Shown piece after piece: positions 15,975-18,725 of a DNA stretch of 18,725 bases. Each line of letters begins with the position of its first letter. Within the stretch, counting starts at the first letter, position 1. The notes under the pieces were generated by a model. The model had not been told where the DNA came from. It saw nothing but the letters and a program-made list of their open reading frames with translations, and searched no databases. This DNA is from a bacterium (GTDB taxonomy: Bacteria > Hinthialibacterota > Hinthialibacteria > Hinthialibacterales > Hinthialibacteraceae), in contig JBHGBC010000117.1 in NCBI GenBank assembly GCA_041946805.1, forward strand, positions 1 through 18,725, read 5' to 3'. A program made the translations under genes and the position numbers.

Positions 15975-16002
15975 GCAGGAGCACGTGGCAACGTGCCTCT
16001 AC
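15975..16002. repeat. GTAG-type REP palindrome (degenerate)
   Basis: Reverse complement gtagaggcacgttgccacgtgctcctgc is 25/28 identical to 6740-6767. Confidence 0.7.
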
Positions 16003-16115
16003 TCTCTGCCCTGGAATCCCAATTCCCTGGAATTCTTGAATGCATCCGGTAAGATCGGAAATCCAGGATACAGCCGGCTCCGCGCCGTTGGATATCCGCC
16101 AGGAGGCGAAAAATC

Positions 16116-16673
16116 ATGAACCGGCATGAAACCATTCTGCGCCGCGAGGATTCGCTGCTGCTGGTGATCGACTATCAACAACGGCTGGTGGATGTCATGC
16201 CCCGGAAAGAAAGCGTCACTGGTGAAATCATGCGGTTGATTCAAGGCATGAAGAAACTGAACGTCCCCATCCTGGCCACCGAACAGTATCCCCAGGGATT
16301 GGGGCCCACCGTTGCCTCGTTGGCGGAGATGCTGGATCCGTCTGAGATCCTCTCCAAGATGACCTTCAGTTGTTGCGGGCTTGCGGATTTCAATACCCGG
16401 CTGAAATCCCTCAAACGGCGCCAGATCGTGGTCACGGGGATCGAAACCCATGTCTGCGTCATGCAAACCGTTCTGGACCTGCTCGCCAACGGGTATCAGG
16501 CGCATGTTCCGGTGGGGGCGGTTTGTTCCCGCGCGGACGCGAACCGGGACAACGCCCTCGCGCGGATGGAGAAAGCCGGGGCGGTGATCACCAACCTGGA
16601 AAGCGTGCTGTTCGAGTTGTTGGTGGAAGCGGGGACGGACGCTTTCAAGGTAGTGCGGAAATTAATTGTGTAA
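16116..16673 (+). CDS. Isochorismatase family cysteine hydrolase (YcaC/ISOC-like)
   Basis: 'LLVIDYQQRL', 'TEQYPQGLGPTV', 'KMTFSC' and 'GIETHVCVMQTVLDL' (Asp-Lys-Cys triad); AGGAGG RBS. Confidence 0.92.
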   Translation: MNRHETILRREDSLLLVIDYQQRLVDVMPRKESVTGEIMRLIQGMKKLNVPILATEQYPQGLGPTVASLAEMLDPSEILSKMTFSCCGLADFNTRLKSLKRRQIVVTGIETHVCVMQTVLDLLANGYQAHVPVGAVCSRADANRDNALARMEKAGAVITNLESVLFELLVEAGTDAFKVVRKLIV

Positions 16674-16707
16674 GCCGGCCGCTGCGGCTGGAAAGTAGCC
16701 GGGCCGA

Positions 16708-18108
16708 TCAGAACGGCACTTCCTCGTCCGGCGTATCGGGCGCGGCGTCGAAGAAGCGGGTGTATTCGCGGGCGAAGTAGATGTCCAATTCCCCGACCGG
16801 CCCGTTGCGGTGCTTGCCGATGATCAATTTGTAGGAATAATGGGTTTCTTTTCCCGCCTCGGTTTCATCTTCCGATTCACCTTCAAACGTGCCTTTCATG
16901 ACCTCCCGGTGCAAAAAGATGACCAGGTCGGCGTCCTGTTCGATGGCGCCCGATTCGCGCAAGTCAGAAAGGCGGGGCGTGTGGTCGTCGCGTTTTTCCA
17001 CGGCGCGCGACAGCTGCGAGCAGGCGATGATGGGGATGTGAAGGTCGCGGGCGAGGATCTTGAGGGAGCGGGAAATCTCGGAGACCTCCTGCTGCCGGTT
17101 TTCGGTGCGCTTGCCGGTGGACATGAGTTGCAGGTAGTCGAGGATGATCAATCCCAAGGCTGGATAGCGCGATTTCAACCGCCGCGAACGGCTGAAGACC
17201 TCGGACGGGGTGAGGTTGGGGGTGTCGTCGATATACAACGGCATGTCGTGGATGCGGTTGGCGGTTTGCAGCAGCAGGGACGCGTCTTTCTTGGTGAAAA
17301 ATCCCGAGCGCATGTGCTTCAGGTTGACCCGCGCCTGCGAACACAACACGCGCTCCGCGATCTGCTCGCTGCTCATTTCCAGCGAAAAAAATCCCACGGG
17401 CGTGCCGCTGAGCGCGATGTTCTCCGCGAAATTCAACACCAGGCTGGTTTTTCCCACCGAGGGCCGGGCGGCCAGGATGATCAGGTCGGAATGCTGGAAT
17501 CCCGCTGTCCACGCGTCCAAGTCCTTGTAACCGGATGACAAGCCGGTCAACGCGCCCTGGCGGGAATGGGCGATTTGCACCTTTTCGATCGCCGGTTCGA
17601 GGTATTTCCCCAACGGTTCGAACGAACGGTCCCGCCGTTGTTGCGAGATGTTGAATATCTTGGCTTCCGCATTGGAGAGTATGTCTCCCGCGTCCTCGCC
17701 GCTCTCGTAGGCCTCCTGGGAAATTTCAGCGCATTGGCGGATCAGTTGCCGCCTCAGGGCCTTGTCCCGTACGATGGCGGCGTGGTACTCGACATTGACC
17801 GACGTGGCCACGCTTTGCACCAACTCCGCCAGGTAAAACGGTCCGCCCGCCTCGTTCAAAAGGTTCTTCCGCTCCAGGGCGTCGGCCAGGATCATCAGGT
17901 CGATGGCCGATCCCCGGCTGCCCAGATCCAGCAGCACTTCGAAGAGAATCTGGTGGCTGGGCTGATAAAACGAAGAAGGAACCAGCAGACCCTGCGCCCG
18001 GTAGAGGGCGTCAATATCCCGGATCATCGCCCCCAAGACCTTCTTTTCGGCCTCGAGGCTGTGCGGCAAAACCCGGTCAACGGTTTTCAGGTGATCCACT
18101 TTCGCCAT
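16708..18108 (-). CDS. dnaB: Replicative DNA helicase DnaB
   Basis: 'PHSLEAE', Walker A 'AARPSVGKT', 'FSLEM', 'LDYLQL', 'SQLSR', 'DLRESGAIEQDAD' and 'KHRNGP'. ATG at 18108 (alternative TTG at 18129); no intein. Confidence 0.97.
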   Translation of the reverse strand: MAKVDHLKTVDRVLPHSLEAEKKVLGAMIRDIDALYRAQGLLVPSSFYQPSHQILFEVLLDLGSRGSAIDLMILADALERKNLLNEAGGPFYLAELVQSVATSVNVEYHAAIVRDKALRRQLIRQCAEISQEAYESGEDAGDILSNAEAKIFNISQQRRDRSFEPLGKYLEPAIEKVQIAHSRQGALTGLSSGYKDLDAWTAGFQHSDLIILAARPSVGKTSLVLNFAENIALSGTPVGFFSLEMSSEQIAERVLCSQARVNLKHMRSGFFTKKDASLLLQTANRIHDMPLYIDDTPNLTPSEVFSRSRRLKSRYPALGLIILDYLQLMSTGKRTENRQQEVSEISRSLKILARDLHIPIIACSQLSRAVEKRDDHTPRLSDLRESGAIEQDADLVIFLHREVMKGTFEGESEDETEAGKETHYSYKLIIGKHRNGPVGELDIYFAREYTRFFDAAPDTPDEEVPF

Positions 18109-18210
18109 GGGAATTCCGCTTTTGGCCAATGTGATCCGTTCAGGGGGTGGAAAAATCCAGGGTTATCGCACGCGGCCCGCGGCGGGCCGATACTAAGTCA
18201 GTGAGGTAGC

Positions 18211-18238
18211 ATTGTACGGCATCCCGTCCATCCGTCAA
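18211..18238 (-). promoter_or_regulatory. sigma70-type promoter of dnaB
   Basis: TTGACG-N16-TACAAT on the minus strand about 100 nt upstream of the ATG. Confidence 0.6.
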
Positions 18239-18408
18239 TACGGATTTTCTCCAGCCTCCTGTCCGGAAAACCGAAGGGTAATGATGCGGGATTCATTTTA
18301 TTCGACTTACTCCCCGCAAAAAATTTAAGGCTCATCCGGCCCGTGCGTACATTTTTCCGGAAGCGTGATTGGACATCGATTCGACGGCTGGGAGAGAACC
18401 ACCCGAAA

Positions 18409-18443
18409 TCCCCTCTTCCTCCGGGAGAGGATCAGGGCGAGGG
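18409..18443 (+). repeat. 35-nt CCCTCTCCC-type palindromic repeat, copy 2
   Basis: tcccctcttcctccgggagaggatcagggcgaggg, alignable without gaps to 4721-4755 and to the reverse complement of 18688-18722. Confidence 0.6.
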
Positions 18444-18654
18444 AAAGCCTTCTCCCGCGGGTTTCGGCCGGCCATTTGCGTACCGCCTTTCGCTTATCGG
18501 GAAAATGAGTACCCTTTTGGAATGGCTTTCCAGCAACCCAAGGTATCGGTTTGGGCAAATGGCTTCGGAGATACGCATGTTCCGGATAATTTTTGGATCC
18601 TCCGGGAAGTGCGTACCTGATGAAGAAAAAACGATTTCCTTCACTCCGGGATGA

Positions 18655-18680
18655 GGGCGGACACCAAGGTCCGCCCCTAC
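18655..18680 (-). repeat. GTAG-type REP hairpin (second subfamily)
   Basis: Minus strand GTAG-GGGCGGAC-CTTGGT-GTCCGCCC: a GTAG foot plus a perfect 8-bp stem. Confidence 0.7.
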
Positions 18681-18687
18681 AAAAATA

Positions 18688-18722
18688 CCCTCACCCTGGC
18701 CCTCTCCCAAAGGGAGAGGGAA
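18688..18722 (-). repeat. 35-nt CCCTCTCCC-type palindromic repeat, copy 3
   Basis: ccctcaccctggccctctcccaaagggagagggaa with the perfect hairpin CCCTCTCCC-AAA-GGGAGAGGG. Confidence 0.7.
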
Positions 18723-18725
18723 TTT

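Noticed and set aside
16621..16637. TGGTGGAAGCGG resembling the ssrA 3' end (possible att site)
   Set aside because: Short, imperfect, inside a coding gene, on the wrong side of ssrA, and no integrase is present.
10153..17538. Other long antisense ORFs (10153-11340, 12361-13032, 13839-14678, 16810-17538)
   Set aside because: They lie on the opposite strand of well-supported genes and are explained by GC-rich codon bias.
13071..18108. Functional linkage of dnaB to the Hsp70 operon by proximity
   Set aside because: Three unrelated genes, two on the opposite strand, lie between them; proximity alone is not evidence without conserved synteny.
18325..18710. Short ORFs at the right end
   Set aside because: They overlap several palindromic repeats and lack RBS or recognisable protein features.

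Overview
GC-rich bacterial chromosomal window with no integrase, transposase or CRISPR array. Left to right it holds: a DoxX-like membrane protein; the tmRNA gene ssrA (tag ANDYQELPLAA) with promoter and terminator; a degenerate hemerythrin-like protein; a DUF4097-like lipoprotein; a DinB/YfiT protein; a small coiled-coil protein; a BrxA/BrxB bacilliredoxin behind a palindromic operator; and an orphan prepilin-type protein. Next comes a five-gene minus-strand specialised chaperone operon (13071->6838): 893-aa TPR-like protein, minimal J-domain protein with HPPD, GrpE-like protein, non-housekeeping Hsp70, and a small zinc-ribbon protein. The window ends with a Tat-exported Gfo/Idh/MocA oxidoreductase, a GT4 glycosyltransferase, an isochorismatase-family hydrolase and dnaB. 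Intergenic regions carry several families of REP-like palindromes. The best candidate for an undescribed system is the Hsp70 operon. Its large protein ends in a beta-clamp-binding-like motif (QLTLW), its J protein has a variant HPPD motif, and its Hsp70 has an altered substrate-binding loop and an HPD in the shortened lid. All family calls are from motif recognition by eye; no database searches were run.
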